Below, piece by piece: positions 8,202-18,760 of a DNA stretch of 64,000 nt. The notes below the pieces were generated by a model. The model saw only the letters and a program-made list of their open reading frames with translations, was not told the origin of the DNA and searched no databases. The stretch comes from Fidelibacterota bacterium (lineage in GTDB: Bacteria > Fidelibacterota > Fidelibacteria > Fidelibacterales > DSDE01). A program made the translations under genes and the position numbers. The stretch's first letter is position 1. Each line of letters opens with the position of its first letter. The stretch spans positions 1-64,000 of the forward strand of contig JBJKQR010000036.1 of assembly GCA_046735395.1 (NCBI GenBank). Direction: 5' to 3'.

Positions 8202-8698
8202 GAAAGCCCTCCTCAGCTTACGAGATGTGAAATGGGTCGGACCGCGGACGCTCTGTATGTTGGCGTCATCAAAAAGAACAAAGGCGCCGGACGGGGCTGT
8301 ACGTGGTTTTTACTGAATTTAGGTTAGAAAACGAAATAAAGGTTGTCAACAATTTTATCCGGAAAATCTGTTTCCTATGGGCCAGACACCTTCCCGTCGC
8401 TGTTGCTTCCTGCATTGGCGCAGGTTCTGAAAGCGTTGGTGAAATAATCCATTTCCGGATATGGTAAAAATATTCGAAATACAACTCAGCACTTGTCAAC
8501 AATTATCAATAAATACTATTTATTCTTTTTAAATCCCTAAATATTTTTTAAACTCCTCACGATTTTTTATTGCAGATGACTTTAAAAGGGAAATCTTATG
8601 AAAAATAGTCGGATAGCTGGATTTATAAATCGAATTTTCTAATAATTGGGATTAAAACCGGAGCGTCACACGAGAGAAAAAACACGCTATGAAAGAAA

Positions 8699-8923
8699 AT
8701 GAAAAAGATCTTATTTGTAACATTATTCATGGTTATTGCATTCTCAGGCTGTGCAACAGTTACGGGTGGGGGTGTAAATACTTCAAATGTTTCAATTTCT
8801 CAAAATAATTATGAAATTGTTAAACATGTAAATGGAGAAGGGACATACAGAGCGCTTTTGGGTATTCTGCCAATGAGTTCCACGGATATATTTAATAAGG
8901 CCATGGTTGACCTTTACCTATAA
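8699..8923 (+). pseudogene. Truncated lipoprotein
   Basis: Lipobox FSG-C; ORF ends at 74 aa; a plausible continuation (NVNVSAD) lies in another frame. Confidence 0.5.
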
Positions 8924-9309
8924 TGTCAACGTATCGGCTGACTTAATTAAGTTCAAATAGCATACCTGCTCCGGTTTTAATCTCCATGAATCTGCAAAAA
9001 TACTCATTTATCCCGGCAACTTACCCGACGCCACCATTACTTCTGATACAGAATTCATTTATGTTGAAATAATAATATTTATTATTAACAATTATTGCAA
9101 TTAGACTTTATTCGCAAGCGACACATGTCTGATCCTTCCCGTCCGTGAGGCAGGTCACCGGCTGCGTGTGACGGAGGACAGGTCCGGGAAATAATGCTGT
9201 TGCCCGGATGCCGGAAATTCCGTAATCTGTCTGTACAGCTGCACAACGGGGCGGAGGATTGCTCCGGAATAGACGTGCAGACCCAACCAATACATGATAA
9301 GGTGACAGA

Positions 9310-9894
9310 ATGCAGACAGATATAAACAATAATACAGCACTATTAAACGGAGATATTCAATGTGAACGGCGGTTGCCCCGGCAGCTGATCCGGATCGTCT
9401 TCACCATGGCCGCAGGCATGACGCTCTATGAATCGGTCAAACAGCTCATTTCTCCCGGTATCACTGTCTGGGAATCGCATATTGTTACAATTATTTTTAG
9501 TACAACTATTGCAGCTGTTACTTCTTTTTTTGTTCTGCGGAAATATATCGATCTGAACAGCCGGCTGAACGCAAGACGAATGGAAAGCGAAGGCCTGCAG
9601 GCGAAACTGGAAAATACCGTAAAGGAACTGAAGGAGAGCCTGGCCACGGTCAAGACTCTGTCGGGCATGCTGCCCATCTGTTCACACTGCAAGAAAATCC
9701 GCGATGATGAAGGATACTGGGATCAGATCGAAATCTACATCCGGAAGCATTCTGAAGTTGATTTTTCCCACGGCCTCTGTCCCGACTGCGCCCATGACCT
9801 GTACCCGGACTATTTCAACAAGCCACATCATTCGCACAGCCACCCCGCCCAGCCCGATAAATCAACGGATTCAGATCCTTCAGATCCGAGATAG
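9310..9894 (+). CDS. 2-TM membrane protein with C-terminal Cys4 domain (paralogue of 832-1353)
   Basis: Shared KQLISPGITVWESHIVTIIFSTTIAA and FSHGLCPDCAHDLYP. Confidence 0.85.
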   Translation: MQTDINNNTALLNGDIQCERRLPRQLIRIVFTMAAGMTLYESVKQLISPGITVWESHIVTIIFSTTIAAVTSFFVLRKYIDLNSRLNARRMESEGLQAKLENTVKELKESLATVKTLSGMLPICSHCKKIRDDEGYWDQIEIYIRKHSEVDFSHGLCPDCAHDLYPDYFNKPHHSHSHPAQPDKSTDSDPSDPR

Positions 9895-9923
9895 AATCCC
9901 ATTCATAAAAGACAGGTTATCCT

Positions 9924-10718
9924 ATGAAACACATCACGATGCTCATTCTCGCTCTTTTTCTTGTCTGTACCCGGATTCTTCCCGCAGGCCCACATGACGA
10001 CAGCCGGATTGTGAAGGTTTTATCCTTCAATATTCTTCACGGCGCCACAACCCGGGGAGATTATGATCTGGACGTCATTGCAAAGGTGATCCGGGATGCG
10101 GATCCGGACCTCGTGGCCCTGCAGGAGGTGGACGTCCGCACCAACCGGGCCCGGCACTACGACCTGGCCACGGAGCTGGGCCTTCGTGTAAAAATGAACC
10201 CCGTCTTCGGAAAGGCCATGGATTACGACGGCGGCGAATACGGCGAAGCCATCCTGTCCAAAAGCTCCTTTTTGGAATATCGCAAAGTCGATCTGCCCTT
10301 TACGCCGGGGCACGAACCACGGGCGGCTATTGAAGTAAAGACCGTCCTGTCTTCCGGCGATACCATCGCATTCGTGGGTACCCACCTGGATCACCTGAAG
10401 GACGACCATGACCGCAGAACCCAGGTGAAAAAAATCAACGATACCTTCATCCGGTCCGACTGTCCGGTTATTCTCGCCGGGGATTTTAACGCCGTCCCCG
10501 ACAGTGCGCCCATCCGATTACTGGAACAATATTGGGGCCGATGCTATGATCCGCGCCATCCCGAACCGACCTTCCCCTCCGATCATCCCGACAGAAAAAT
10601 CGATTATGTCCTCTTCGCCCCTCTGAAGCGCTGGACTGTTATCCGCAGCCAGGTCATCCAGGATTCGCTCGCCTCGGACCATTGCGCGCTCCTCGTTACC
10701 CTGAGACTGCAGGACTGA
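9924..10718 (+). CDS. Secreted endonuclease/exonuclease/phosphatase (EEP) family protein
   Basis: SFNI, LQEVD, GTHL, AGDFN, IDY, ASDH motifs; signal peptide. Confidence 0.9.
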   Translation: MKHITMLILALFLVCTRILPAGPHDDSRIVKVLSFNILHGATTRGDYDLDVIAKVIRDADPDLVALQEVDVRTNRARHYDLATELGLRVKMNPVFGKAMDYDGGEYGEAILSKSSFLEYRKVDLPFTPGHEPRAAIEVKTVLSSGDTIAFVGTHLDHLKDDHDRRTQVKKINDTFIRSDCPVILAGDFNAVPDSAPIRLLEQYWGRCYDPRHPEPTFPSDHPDRKIDYVLFAPLKRWTVIRSQVIQDSLASDHCALLVTLRLQD

Positions 10719-10799
10719 ATCCTCTTTCCGTCTCTATTATATTTAAAATATTCGATATCATACTCCAATTGAAGTGTATCTTTCTCGGAGGAGCACGGT

Positions 10800-10946
10800 A
10801 TGAAAATACAGACCAGCATAAGAGTTGAAAATTCCTTTTATCAGGAAGCCAAAGATGTCTGTTCTAAATTCGGCCTGAGTTTTGGTCTGCTGACCCGAAT
10901 ACAGCATTCAGCGATTTTCTTTGCGAATTATTTGTTATTATTATAA
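10800..10946 (+). pseudogene. Truncated RelB/DinJ-like ribbon-helix-helix antitoxin (not in ORF track)
   Basis: GGAGGA RBS; MKIQTSIRVENSFYQEAKDVCSKFGLSFG then unrelated tail; imperfect palindrome ACTCCAATTGAAGT at 10762-10775. Confidence 0.6.
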
Positions 10947-11164
10947 TTATTGTAATTAACATTTATTGTTAATATTACTATTTAATTTATTTATTGTTTT
11001 GAAATTTTCGTTCACCCTGAATCTCCCCATATCTGCCGGCAGCAAACTGACGAGATTCCTGACGGCGGCTCTGCGTTCCTGTTATCATAGATAATCGCTT
11101 CCCCGCTAAAATCAGACTACCTTTCTTCCCCGTCAACTCGTCAACCCGTCTACCCGTCTACATC

Positions 11165-11809
11165 CTATCCATCCCACACGCCGGCCATCCTGGCCTGAAA
11201 TTCACGGATGGCCACCGGAATCACGTCCTCAACCGAAACCGGCCGGCCGCATTCCAGAGCCATGGACGTGACGCCACGGTCCGCAATGCCGCAGGCCACG
11301 ATTCCCTGGTAATGCTGCAGATCGGGGCAGACATTGAGGGCAAAGCCGTGCATGGTCACCTGGCGATGAATACGCAGGCCCAGGGCAGCAATCTTGTTCT
11401 GTCCCGTCCAGACGCCCGGGTATTCGGGGTGGGTGGCGCCCGCGATGTCAAATTCCTTTAAAACGGCAATGAGCGTTTCCTCGATCACAGAAACGAAGCG
11501 CCGCACCGAAACCGCCCGGTCCTCCAGCGACACGAGGGGGTAGCCTACGAGCTGACCCGGGCCATGATAGGTCACATCCCCACCTCGGTCACTCTGAACC
11601 ACATCGATCCCCGCCTCCTCAAGCCAGGACTCATCGGCGAGAATATGCTCCGCATCCGCATTCCGGCCCAGAGTATAGACCGGCGGATGTTCCAGCAGGA
11701 TCAGCGTGTCGCCGCAGCGGCCCTCCGTCCGATCCGCGTGTATCCGTTTCTGCAGGTCCCAGGCTTCCCGGTAGTCCATGAGGCCCGGTGTCATAATTGT
11801 CAGAGACAT
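11165..11809 (-). CDS. lipB: Lipoyl(octanoyl) transferase
   Basis: LEHPPVYTLG, RGGDVTYHGPGQLVGYP, KIAALG, HGFALN; start moved to MSLTIM to avoid overlap with dgt. Confidence 0.95.
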   Translation of the reverse strand: MSLTIMTPGLMDYREAWDLQKRIHADRTEGRCGDTLILLEHPPVYTLGRNADAEHILADESWLEEAGIDVVQSDRGGDVTYHGPGQLVGYPLVSLEDRAVSVRRFVSVIEETLIAVLKEFDIAGATHPEYPGVWTGQNKIAALGLRIHRQVTMHGFALNVCPDLQHYQGIVACGIADRGVTSMALECGRPVSVEDVIPVAIREFQARMAGVWDG

Positions 11810-11843
11810 GCGTTCAGACTCCGGATCTGCCTGCAGGGCCTTA

Positions 11844-13070
11844 TCATACGATATCCACCATGGAACCGAAATCCGGATCAAAAAGCCGTTTGTAGAGCCG
11901 GACAATGCTCCGGTCCGTCTGGCTGGCCAGATAATCACAGATGAGACGCGCTTTTTCCAGGGCAGATTCCGGCGGATTTTTTCGAATGAAGGAGCGGATA
12001 TTGAGCGGCAGCAGCTCGCTGCGAATTTCACCCGCATCTTCCATGAAAAAAGTCTGAAACAGACGCTCCAGCAGTTGCTGACCCTTGAATTCCAGCTGCT
12101 GCACCTGCGGTGAGCGGAATATGATTTCAAAGGACAGGCGTTTGTACAGGGCCACTTCCTGACGGATGGAGAGGGGAATATCCACGCCGTAGCGATAGCG
12201 GTTGCTACGGTCGCTCATGGCATTATCCCGGATCTGCAGAGTCACATGCTCAATAAACTGCCCGATGCGCTTGGCGATATAGCGGTCAAATTTTTCCCGC
12301 CGTTCCACTTTGGTGATGAGGGCATTGATAATGCTTTCATCCTGGCCGCTGGCATGATGATCCACAGCCCAGTCATAAATATTTTTTTCATTGATGAATC
12401 CGGCAATGTAGCCGTCGCTGAGATCATGCAGGGAGTAGGCCACATCATCGGCCCATTCCATGATCTGGCATTCCAGGCTCTTTTCCCGCAGCCCGTTGTC
12501 CCGGCCGCCGTAGATGAAATCCAGATAGGCCTGCTGATCATCGTAAAGAAACTTCCCCTTCTTCTCCGAATCCCTCCAGAGAATCTTGTACTTCATGATG
12601 CCGTCCACAAAGGCCCGGCTCGGCTTCATACCCTCGAAGGCAGATTCGGATTCATGAATGGTCTCCGCCACGATCTTCAGAGTCTGGGCATTTCCCTCGA
12701 AACCGCCGTACGGCTTCATGAGGCCGTTCAGCCGCTGTTCCCCGGCATGTCCGAAGGCAGGATTGCCGATATCGTGAGCCAGGCAGATGCCCTCCACCAG
12801 ATCCCCGTCAATAGCGGGAGCCTTCAGAATATGTTTATTGAGAAAATTGACGAGAGACTTGCCGATCTGCGACACCTCGAGCGAATGGGTCAGACGGGTC
12901 CGGTAAAAATCATAGTCTCCGGACACGAAGACCTGCGTCTTGTTCTGCAGGCGGCGGAAGGCATTGGAGTGGAGAATGCGGTCCCGGTCCACCTGAAACA
13001 CAGAGCGGTAATCCTCAGGCGGTTTCGTTCCCAGCGTTTCCCGGTCGAAATCATTATAAAAATCGGACAT
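11844..13070 (-). CDS. dgt: dGTP triphosphohydrolase (HD family)
   Basis: DRDRILHS.AFRRLQ.KTQV, RTRLTHSLEV, LAHDIGNP.FGHAGE, FEGNAQ. Confidence 0.93.
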   Translation of the reverse strand: MSDFYNDFDRETLGTKPPEDYRSVFQVDRDRILHSNAFRRLQNKTQVFVSGDYDFYRTRLTHSLEVSQIGKSLVNFLNKHILKAPAIDGDLVEGICLAHDIGNPAFGHAGEQRLNGLMKPYGGFEGNAQTLKIVAETIHESESAFEGMKPSRAFVDGIMKYKILWRDSEKKGKFLYDDQQAYLDFIYGGRDNGLREKSLECQIMEWADDVAYSLHDLSDGYIAGFINEKNIYDWAVDHHASGQDESIINALITKVERREKFDRYIAKRIGQFIEHVTLQIRDNAMSDRSNRYRYGVDIPLSIRQEVALYKRLSFEIIFRSPQVQQLEFKGQQLLERLFQTFFMEDAGEIRSELLPLNIRSFIRKNPPESALEKARLICDYLASQTDRSIVRLYKRLFDPDFGSMVDIV

Positions 13071-13073
13071 GGC

Positions 13074-13877
13074 TCACCTTTCCTGACGGAGCAGATCCCG
13101 TCTGAGTTGATGATGTGCATTGAGATAGGTCACGCAGATGAGAAAGCCCATGGATGCGGTGGCAATGGCGGTTCCCGCCACCCACAGGTACATGACCATA
13201 ATCTGATATTTGATGGCGACCAGCGGCTGCAGTCCGGCCAGCAGACTTCCCACCAGAACGCCCGGAATACTCACGATGCCCACCGTATTCATGCTGTTGA
13301 TGGCCGGAATCATGGCGGAATGCACCGATTCCCGGAGCACGGGCAGCGTGGCCTGTATCCGGTTCGCACCCAGGGCCAGCCTCAGTTCGATTTCCTGCTG
13401 ACGGTCCCGGAGGCTCCGGCTCAGGTTGTTTGCAGCCAGAGAGGATGAATTCAGCACCTGTCCCATGATCATCCCGCCCAGCGGGATACTCACCACCGGA
13501 TTATACCAGGGATGGAGATCGAGAATGACGCCCAGAATCAGGCCGAGAACAATGGCAGTACTGAAAATGACGACAGAAACCTGAAGGAGAAAATAACGGG
13601 GAATGGCCTGGGTCTGGCGCCGCTGTCCCTCAAACCCGGCAAAGAGGCTGATGACCGTGAGCAGGGCAAAAAAATGCAGGGGGCTGTCGATGGTGAAGAT
13701 AAAATGAAAGACGTAGCCGAGAGCAATGAGCTGCACAAAGGTTCGCAGCGCTCCGATGGCCAGAACCTTTTCCAGATCGAGCTTCAGGTAACGGACGATA
13801 CCCAGGGTCAGCACGATCAGGCTGAAGGCCCAGAGCAGGTCAGTCCATGAGATCAGGGACGGATCAAAATTCTGCAT
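13074..13877 (-). CDS. fetB: ABC transporter permease, FetB/UPF0014 family
   Basis: RTFVQL..LGY, PLGGMIMG, ALGA, GIVSIPG...G, AIKYQI. Confidence 0.85.
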   Translation of the reverse strand: MQNFDPSLISWTDLLWAFSLIVLTLGIVRYLKLDLEKVLAIGALRTFVQLIALGYVFHFIFTIDSPLHFFALLTVISLFAGFEGQRRQTQAIPRYFLLQVSVVIFSTAIVLGLILGVILDLHPWYNPVVSIPLGGMIMGQVLNSSSLAANNLSRSLRDRQQEIELRLALGANRIQATLPVLRESVHSAMIPAINSMNTVGIVSIPGVLVGSLLAGLQPLVAIKYQIMVMYLWVAGTAIATASMGFLICVTYLNAHHQLRRDLLRQER

Positions 13878-13878
13878 A

Positions 13879-14583
13879 TCAGTTGTCCGCCGTCAGGCAC
13901 CCGTTTTCCAGATGCAGGGTGCGCCCCTGCAGCCGGAGCACATCGTCCCGGTTGTGGGTGACCAGAATGGCCGCCAGCTTTTCATCGCTTAATATTTCCG
14001 CAAGTGTATTCAGTACCGTTTCCCGGTTCCGGGCATCGAGAGACGCCGTCGGCTCATCCAGCAGAATCACTTCGGGACGGTTCAGGAGAGTTCGCGCCAG
14101 GGCCAAGCGCTGAATCTCCCCGCCGCTGAGGGCGGAGGCGTTCCGGGACAGCAGGGCCGGACTGAGATTGACACGCCCCAGCATATCGGAACAGATTTCA
14201 TCCGTCAGGATCTGCCCCGAATACGCTTCGATCATCTTCAGATTATCGCGGACGGTCCCGCTGACCACCGCCGGACGCTGAAACACCATGGCAATGCGGC
14301 GGCGCAGTTCAGGCGGCGAATAGCTTCTGAGGTCTTTTCCGTGAAAATGGATTTCACCTCCGTCTGCGTCATCCAGGCGGTTCAGCAGACGCAGCAGGGT
14401 GCTTTTCCCGGCACCGCTTTCACCCTGAATTCCCAGGATTTCGCCACAGTCCAGCTGAAAATCCAGCCCCTGCAGAATGGTCAGGCCATCCCGCTGAACC
14501 CGAATATTTTCGGCATAAAGCAGCGGCGCATCCCCGGTTCCGGATACGTCTTTTTCTACCCCGTCACCCTTTTCGTGAATCAT
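13879..14583 (-). CDS. ABC transporter ATP-binding protein (FetA-like)
   Basis: GESGAGKS, LSGGE, LLDEPT; adjacent to fetB. Confidence 0.9.
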   Translation of the reverse strand: MIHEKGDGVEKDVSGTGDAPLLYAENIRVQRDGLTILQGLDFQLDCGEILGIQGESGAGKSTLLRLLNRLDDADGGEIHFHGKDLRSYSPPELRRRIAMVFQRPAVVSGTVRDNLKMIEAYSGQILTDEICSDMLGRVNLSPALLSRNASALSGGEIQRLALARTLLNRPEVILLDEPTASLDARNRETVLNTLAEILSDEKLAAILVTHNRDDVLRLQGRTLHLENGCLTADN

Positions 14584-14656
14584 GGACTATATTACTAAAA
14601 TCCGGGCAGTAAAGCAGGTGCTATCCCGCGATTTCCCGGACAATCATGAAAAAATG

Positions 14657-15445
14657 CTATCCGCCGATCAGTTCCCCGCCATCGACAGTGATGGTATCAC
14701 CGGCGATCCAGAAGGCGTCTTCCCGGGACAGTGCCGATACCGCTCCGGCCACATCGTCCGGATTGGTCAGCCGCTGGGATGGATTGTGACTGAGCGCCGT
14801 ATTGATCATATCCTCGTTTCCGGGAATCTTTCTGAGCGCAGGCGTATCGGTTACACCGGCGAGAAGCGTGTTGGCCGTAATTCCCTGAGATGCCAGTTCA
14901 AAGGTGATCTGACGGCAATAGCTCTCGAGGGCGGTTTTAGCGGCGGAGACAGCTCCGTACGCCGGCCACTGCACCTTCGATCCGGCCGAAGACAGGGCAA
15001 AGATCCGTGCCTTCCCGGCAAAAAGCTGACTGAAATACAGATCCTGAGTCCAGTAGATCAGGCTGTTGGCCATCACATCGAGGGTCATTTCCAGCTGATT
15101 CTGCTGCAGGCTCTCCTCCGCGTTTTCTCCGAAAAGCGGTTTCAGCGCGCCAAAGGCCAGTGAATGCAGCATGACGGCAATCTTCTCATTATTTTCTCCC
15201 AGAATAATTTTGAGTTCGCCGATCACTTCGCGCCGTTTCATGGAATCCGCCGCGTTAATATTGAAAAACAGGGCTTTGCGGCCAAGATTGCGAATGTCGT
15301 CCCGCACCTGGTCCGCCAGGGGCATGGTCGGCCTCCGGTCTAAATGAATTCCGATAATGTCAAAGCCATCCTGAGCCAGCTTTCTGGCTGTGGCAGCCCC
15401 GAAGCCTGAGCTTGCTCCGAGTATAAGTGCCCATTTGTTCTGCAA
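14657..15445 (-). CDS. SDR oxidoreductase, enoyl-ACP reductase (FabL/FabI-like)
   Basis: GASSGFG, YGAVSAAK, TDTPAL, VDGG. Confidence 0.85.
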   Translation of the reverse strand: MQNKWALILGASSGFGAATARKLAQDGFDIIGIHLDRRPTMPLADQVRDDIRNLGRKALFFNINAADSMKRREVIGELKIILGENNEKIAVMLHSLAFGALKPLFGENAEESLQQNQLEMTLDVMANSLIYWTQDLYFSQLFAGKARIFALSSAGSKVQWPAYGAVSAAKTALESYCRQITFELASQGITANTLLAGVTDTPALRKIPGNEDMINTALSHNPSQRLTNPDDVAGAVSALSREDAFWIAGDTITVDGGELIGG

Positions 15446-15585
15446 GGTTCCTCCTCCTTTTTTCGAGCGCCAATATTACGGCAAATGGAAGGGAATTCCA
15501 AGTCTTTATCTTGTTATTTTTATTACTATTTGCTTGTATCAGTCTGAAAATCGGCATAAACATGCGGCATAAACGGAGGATGAAA

Positions 15586-16557
15586 ATGCACAAAGTTCTG
15601 ATGACCCGAAAACTGCCCGAACCGGCGCTTGACTATCTCAGATCCATCCCGGTGGATCTCCATATATATTCGAATGAAAGGAATATGCCCACAGCGGAAA
15701 TCCTCGAGGCCATTCCCGAATATGACGGCCTCATCTGCCTGCTGAATGACCCCATCGATCGGCGTATCCTCGAAAAGGGACGCAAGCTGAAAGGTATCTG
15801 TAATTATGCCGCCGGTACGGACAATATTGACCTGGCAGCCGCCGCGGAATTAAAAATCCCGGTTTGCAATACGCCCGGCGTCCTGAGCGACGCCACGGCT
15901 GAACTTGCCTGGGCCCTTCTCTTCGCCGCAGCCCGTCATATCCCCGCATCCCACGAATTCGTTCGTGAAAACCGTTTCAAAGGCTGGGCGCCCGATCTCT
16001 TTCTCGGCCGCGAAATTCAGGGCAAGACACTGGGCATCATCGGCGCCGGACGCATCGGCACGGCCATGGCGCTCAAATCCCGGGGCTTCGACATGAAAGT
16101 GCTGTATACCCGCAGCCCCAATGCGGTGATAGATCATGCCTGTGATGCGGAATGTGTTCCTCTGGACCGGCTCCTGCGCGAATCGGATTTTATCAGCATC
16201 CACACCCCCCTCACGCCTCAGACCCGCCACCTCATTACAGCCCGCGAACTGCAAATGATGAAAAAGGACGCTATTCTGATCAATACGGGCCGGGGCCCGG
16301 TCATCCGGGAAGCGGATCTGCTCACCGCACTTCAAAACAGGCAGATTCACGCCGCGGCGCTGGATGTCTATGAATTCGAACCGAAACTGACCGAGGGCCT
16401 GATCAGTCTGGACAATGTCATTCTGTCACCCCATACGGGGTCGGCCACCATTGAGGCCCGCGAAAAGATGGCCATGATGAGCGCCCGGGATATGAAGGCT
16501 CTCCTGTCGGGGGAAACGCCCGCCTATCCGGTCAAACTGCCGTCAGGACCGAAATAA
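15586..16557 (+). CDS. D-2-hydroxyacid dehydrogenase (glyoxylate reductase/D-glycerate dehydrogenase)
   Basis: GIIGAGRIG, INTGRG, LDVYEFEP, PHTGSAT; GGAGGA before ATG 15586. Confidence 0.92.
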   Translation: MHKVLMTRKLPEPALDYLRSIPVDLHIYSNERNMPTAEILEAIPEYDGLICLLNDPIDRRILEKGRKLKGICNYAAGTDNIDLAAAAELKIPVCNTPGVLSDATAELAWALLFAAARHIPASHEFVRENRFKGWAPDLFLGREIQGKTLGIIGAGRIGTAMALKSRGFDMKVLYTRSPNAVIDHACDAECVPLDRLLRESDFISIHTPLTPQTRHLITARELQMMKKDAILINTGRGPVIREADLLTALQNRQIHAAALDVYEFEPKLTEGLISLDNVILSPHTGSATIEAREKMAMMSARDMKALLSGETPAYPVKLPSGPK

Positions 16558-16582
16558 TAGTAAATTTTTCAGATAAATTGAT

Positions 16583-18118
16583 TCAGCTGACACCGGCGAG
16601 AGCAACGGCACAGCGTATCCCGTCTGCCGCGCTGGAGATTATGCCACCGGAATACCCTCCGGCCTCTCCGGCCACATACAGATTTTCAAATCCGTCACAA
16701 CGAAGCTCCGCGTCCCTCAGAACCTGCAGCGGCGAACTGCTCTTGCTCTCCAGACCCATGAGCTGACCGCGTTCGAAGCCTTTCAGCTTTTCCGAAAAAT
16801 CCCTCAGGCCTTCACGAAGGGTGGATGCCAGAAAGTCGGGAATCATGGCGTGGAGGGCTGCCGATTCCAGTCCCAGCGGATAGGATGCCGGCCCCGGTTT
16901 TCCGTCCCGGCGTCCCTGCAGATAATCCTGCACGGACAGGGCAGGAATGCGGTATCCGTCGGAAAAGCGATAGAAGGATTCTTCAAGGCGGTCCATATAA
17001 TCGAGAATCTCTCCGGGCTCCGCCGCATGGCCCAGCAGATCATCGGGGTGGACACCGGCGACGATGCCGGCATTGGCAAAACGTCCGTTCCGGGCATATT
17101 CGCTCATACCATTGACCACGCTGCGTCCGGCATAGGCGCCGGCCGGCACAACCGTCCCGCCCGGGCACATGCAGAATGAATAGACGGGCCGGCCCGTCGA
17201 GCTGTGCGCCGTCAGCCGGTATTCGGCAGCCTTCACTCCCGGCAGTGACTCAACGCCCCACTGGGCGCGGTTGATGAGATACTGCGCATGCTCGACACGG
17301 TGTCCGATGGCAAAATTTTTAGCACGGAAGAGGACACCCCGTTCCATCAGCATGCGGTAGCTGTCATAGGCGGAATGCCCGGTGGCCATGATGACAAAGT
17401 CCGCCTCAAGGTCCCCGGACGAACTGCGGATTTCACGAACCGTCTGCCCCCGGAGCTGCAGATCCTCAACCCGGGTTTCGAACAGAATGCGGCCCCCGAT
17501 CTCTTCAAACAGCATCCGCAGATTTTTAACAATGACGCGCAGGCGGTCCGTTCCCAGATGGGGATGGGCCAGATAAAGAATTTCCCGGGGAGCGCCGGCC
17601 TTCACATAGAGATCCAGAATAAATCTTCGTTCCTTCGAAATATGTTTGGAGCGGGATGTAAGTTTTCCATCCGAAAAGGTTCCGGCGCCGCCTTCCCCGA
17701 AGGCATAATTGGAGGAGGGATTGAAGTGTCCCTTCTCATTCAATGCGGAAATGGCCCCGCTTCGTGCATCCACATCTTCACCCCGCTCCAGCAGCGTCAC
17801 TTCATATCCTGCGCTCTGCAGATACCAGGCGGCAAAAAATCCTGCCGGGCCGCTGCCGGCGACAACGACCTTCCGCCCTTTTCCGCAGTTCGGGATATCC
17901 AGGCTTTCCACCGTCTGTTCGTCTCCGTCCGGAAGTGATGCGGATGAAACCAGAACCGTCAGCAGCCAGTGAATATCGCTTTTCTTGCGGGCGTCCAGGC
18001 TCTTTCTCTCTGTCACCCAGGTAAAATCATCCGTTTTCAGCTCCCGCCGGATCCGCGTTCTCACATCCTCGTCTCCGTAATCCGTCGGAAGCTTCAGCTG
18101 CAGTGATCTGATTCCCAT
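16583..18118 (-). CDS. FAD-dependent oxidoreductase (uncharacterised family)
   Basis: GSGPAG, GEGGAGTFSDGKL, FCMCPGG, GEAGGYSGGIISSA.DG. Confidence 0.9.
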   Translation of the reverse strand: MGIRSLQLKLPTDYGDEDVRTRIRRELKTDDFTWVTERKSLDARKKSDIHWLLTVLVSSASLPDGDEQTVESLDIPNCGKGRKVVVAGSGPAGFFAAWYLQSAGYEVTLLERGEDVDARSGAISALNEKGHFNPSSNYAFGEGGAGTFSDGKLTSRSKHISKERRFILDLYVKAGAPREILYLAHPHLGTDRLRVIVKNLRMLFEEIGGRILFETRVEDLQLRGQTVREIRSSSGDLEADFVIMATGHSAYDSYRMLMERGVLFRAKNFAIGHRVEHAQYLINRAQWGVESLPGVKAAEYRLTAHSSTGRPVYSFCMCPGGTVVPAGAYAGRSVVNGMSEYARNGRFANAGIVAGVHPDDLLGHAAEPGEILDYMDRLEESFYRFSDGYRIPALSVQDYLQGRRDGKPGPASYPLGLESAALHAMIPDFLASTLREGLRDFSEKLKGFERGQLMGLESKSSSPLQVLRDAELRCDGFENLYVAGEAGGYSGGIISSAADGIRCAVALAGVS

Positions 18119-18151
18119 GCCTGACCGGCCTTTCTCAATATTTAATCTGTA

Positions 18152-18652
18152 TCATTCACCCAGAGCGGCGACGATTTCGCCGAAATAGATGGTGTGATAA
18201 TCATTGATGGGATATTTTTTCTGAATGGAAGGATCCATGAACCCGGCCGGATCCATCTGCTGGCGATACATCTTTTTGCATTCCAGAATCAGGGACGCCT
18301 CGGCATAGGACGGCGCCTCAACCTTCGTGGACGCGATGGCATGCAGTTTCGTTTCCGCCAGTTTATCCCGGTCCCGGCCGCTGACCGTTCCCAGAAAATT
18401 CATATCCTTTCTGAATTCCTTCGGAAAGGCGCAGAGCGTGAAATGATCATATTTTTCGGTAAAATTCCAGGTATGGCGCTGGGGCCTGACCACGATCTGT
18501 ACAAAGGCCTTGTTCCACATGCAGCCGATACTGCCCCAGGCCACCGTCATCATATTATAATTTTCCATATTGCCGGCCGTCAGCAGAAGCCATTGGTTTT
18601 TCCACAGATCCACTGCTTCCAGTTCTATATGCGTGATATCGAGTTTCTTCAT
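18152..18652 (-). CDS. Flavin reductase-like FMN-binding protein
   Basis: NMMTVAWG, VRPQRHT, GTVSGRDRDK, DYHTIYFGEI; GGAGGA before ATG 18652. Confidence 0.9.
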   Translation of the reverse strand: MKKLDITHIELEAVDLWKNQWLLLTAGNMENYNMMTVAWGSIGCMWNKAFVQIVVRPQRHTWNFTEKYDHFTLCAFPKEFRKDMNFLGTVSGRDRDKLAETKLHAIASTKVEAPSYAEASLILECKKMYRQQMDPAGFMDPSIQKKYPINDYHTIYFGEIVAALGE

Positions 18653-18760
18653 ATCCTCCCCGTATGGTTTCGGATCGAAAATATTGAAATCGGCCTTGAA
18701 TTCCAACCGAAAGCTCCCTATACTTTTTCTGACTTGGTATCAAAATAAAATCGAGGGATC

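Noticed and set aside
11810..12130. N-terminal extension of LipB in the ORF track (321 aa)
   Set aside because: Overlaps dgt in another frame; LipB homology starts at 11809
11844..13070. dGTPase as an anti-phage gene
   Set aside because: Embedded in a housekeeping operon with host-like composition
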